Positions 63,480 through 64,000 of a stretch of DNA of 64,000 nucleotides are shown here, one piece after another (the stretch's first letter is position 1; every line of letters begins with the position of its first letter). Origin of the DNA: Marsupella aquatica (taxonomy: Eukaryota > Plantae > Marchantiophyta); the NCBI GenBank assembly GCA_973895155.1, contig OZ316892.1, positions 28,544,307 through 28,608,306 on the forward strand, written 5' to 3'. A program made the position numbers and the translations under genes. The notes under the pieces are model-generated. The model saw only the letters and a program-made list of their open reading frames with translations, made no database searches and was not told where the DNA came from.

Positions 63480-64000
63480 CTTACCCCCATGATATACAAT
63501 CATTCTTTATAGCAAAAAGCCTTGGGGGTCTCATTATATGGAGGCCCCATTGCTTGCGACATTTTAGGCCTTGGGCCCTCTAAAATGTTTTTGACATCAA
63601 ATTTGATGCTTTGAGACCCCTGTTAGGCTCCCGGTTAGGCTGGCTAACAAATGTAAACATTTGGGTCCTACCATACAAATATTCTTTAAAAAATTACATA
63701 GCACTCAAAATTGGATTTAAAAGACCATAATCACCCGCATAATCATGTAGTTCCAAGAACATGCCACACTAGTAGTGTAGTGCCATCCTAAGTAGTGGAA
63801 AATTTTATAATTATTATAATCTGGGACTCGGGTTTGGACCTGACTCACAAAATATTTTAGACTGGCCAGGGTGTGAAACCTCAAAGGAATTTTCTATATT
63901 TATTCTAATTATCTTGATGTAAACACTGAGTAGTACTGTTTTTAAATTACTAAAATATTCAGTGCATACCTCATTTTTTATTAGACAGTAAGCTAAATCA

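Overview
Eukaryotic, plant-type genomic DNA: a U-box/ARM gene, spliceosomal introns and plant TE lineages. A bryophyte/liverwort origin is my inference, not proven. Host genes are an intronless U-box/ARM E3 ligase (508-1806, -), two tandem four-exon DOXC-type 2-oxoglutarate/Fe(II) dioxygenases (46844-48686 and 58844-60708, -) and an intact Crinkler-like NTPase-nuclease ORF (26694-28250, +). Most of the rest is nested transposon debris: CACTA, a solo-LTR-like unit, an L1 fragment, a Bianca-like Copia, Mutator-like and Sola-like transposases and a MITE. The standout is a ~10-kb Ty3/gypsy-type retroelement (10716-20689, TG...CA ends, 4-bp TSD TTGT). Its polyprotein reads Gag-protease-C5 cytosine DNA methyltransferase-RT-RNase H-DDE integrase-PHD finger. 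Instead of two normal LTRs it has split direct repeats (A1-ORFs-B1-GC-A2-B2), a layout known from tyrosine-recombinase retroelements but here paired with a DDE integrase. All calls are by eye; no database searches were run.
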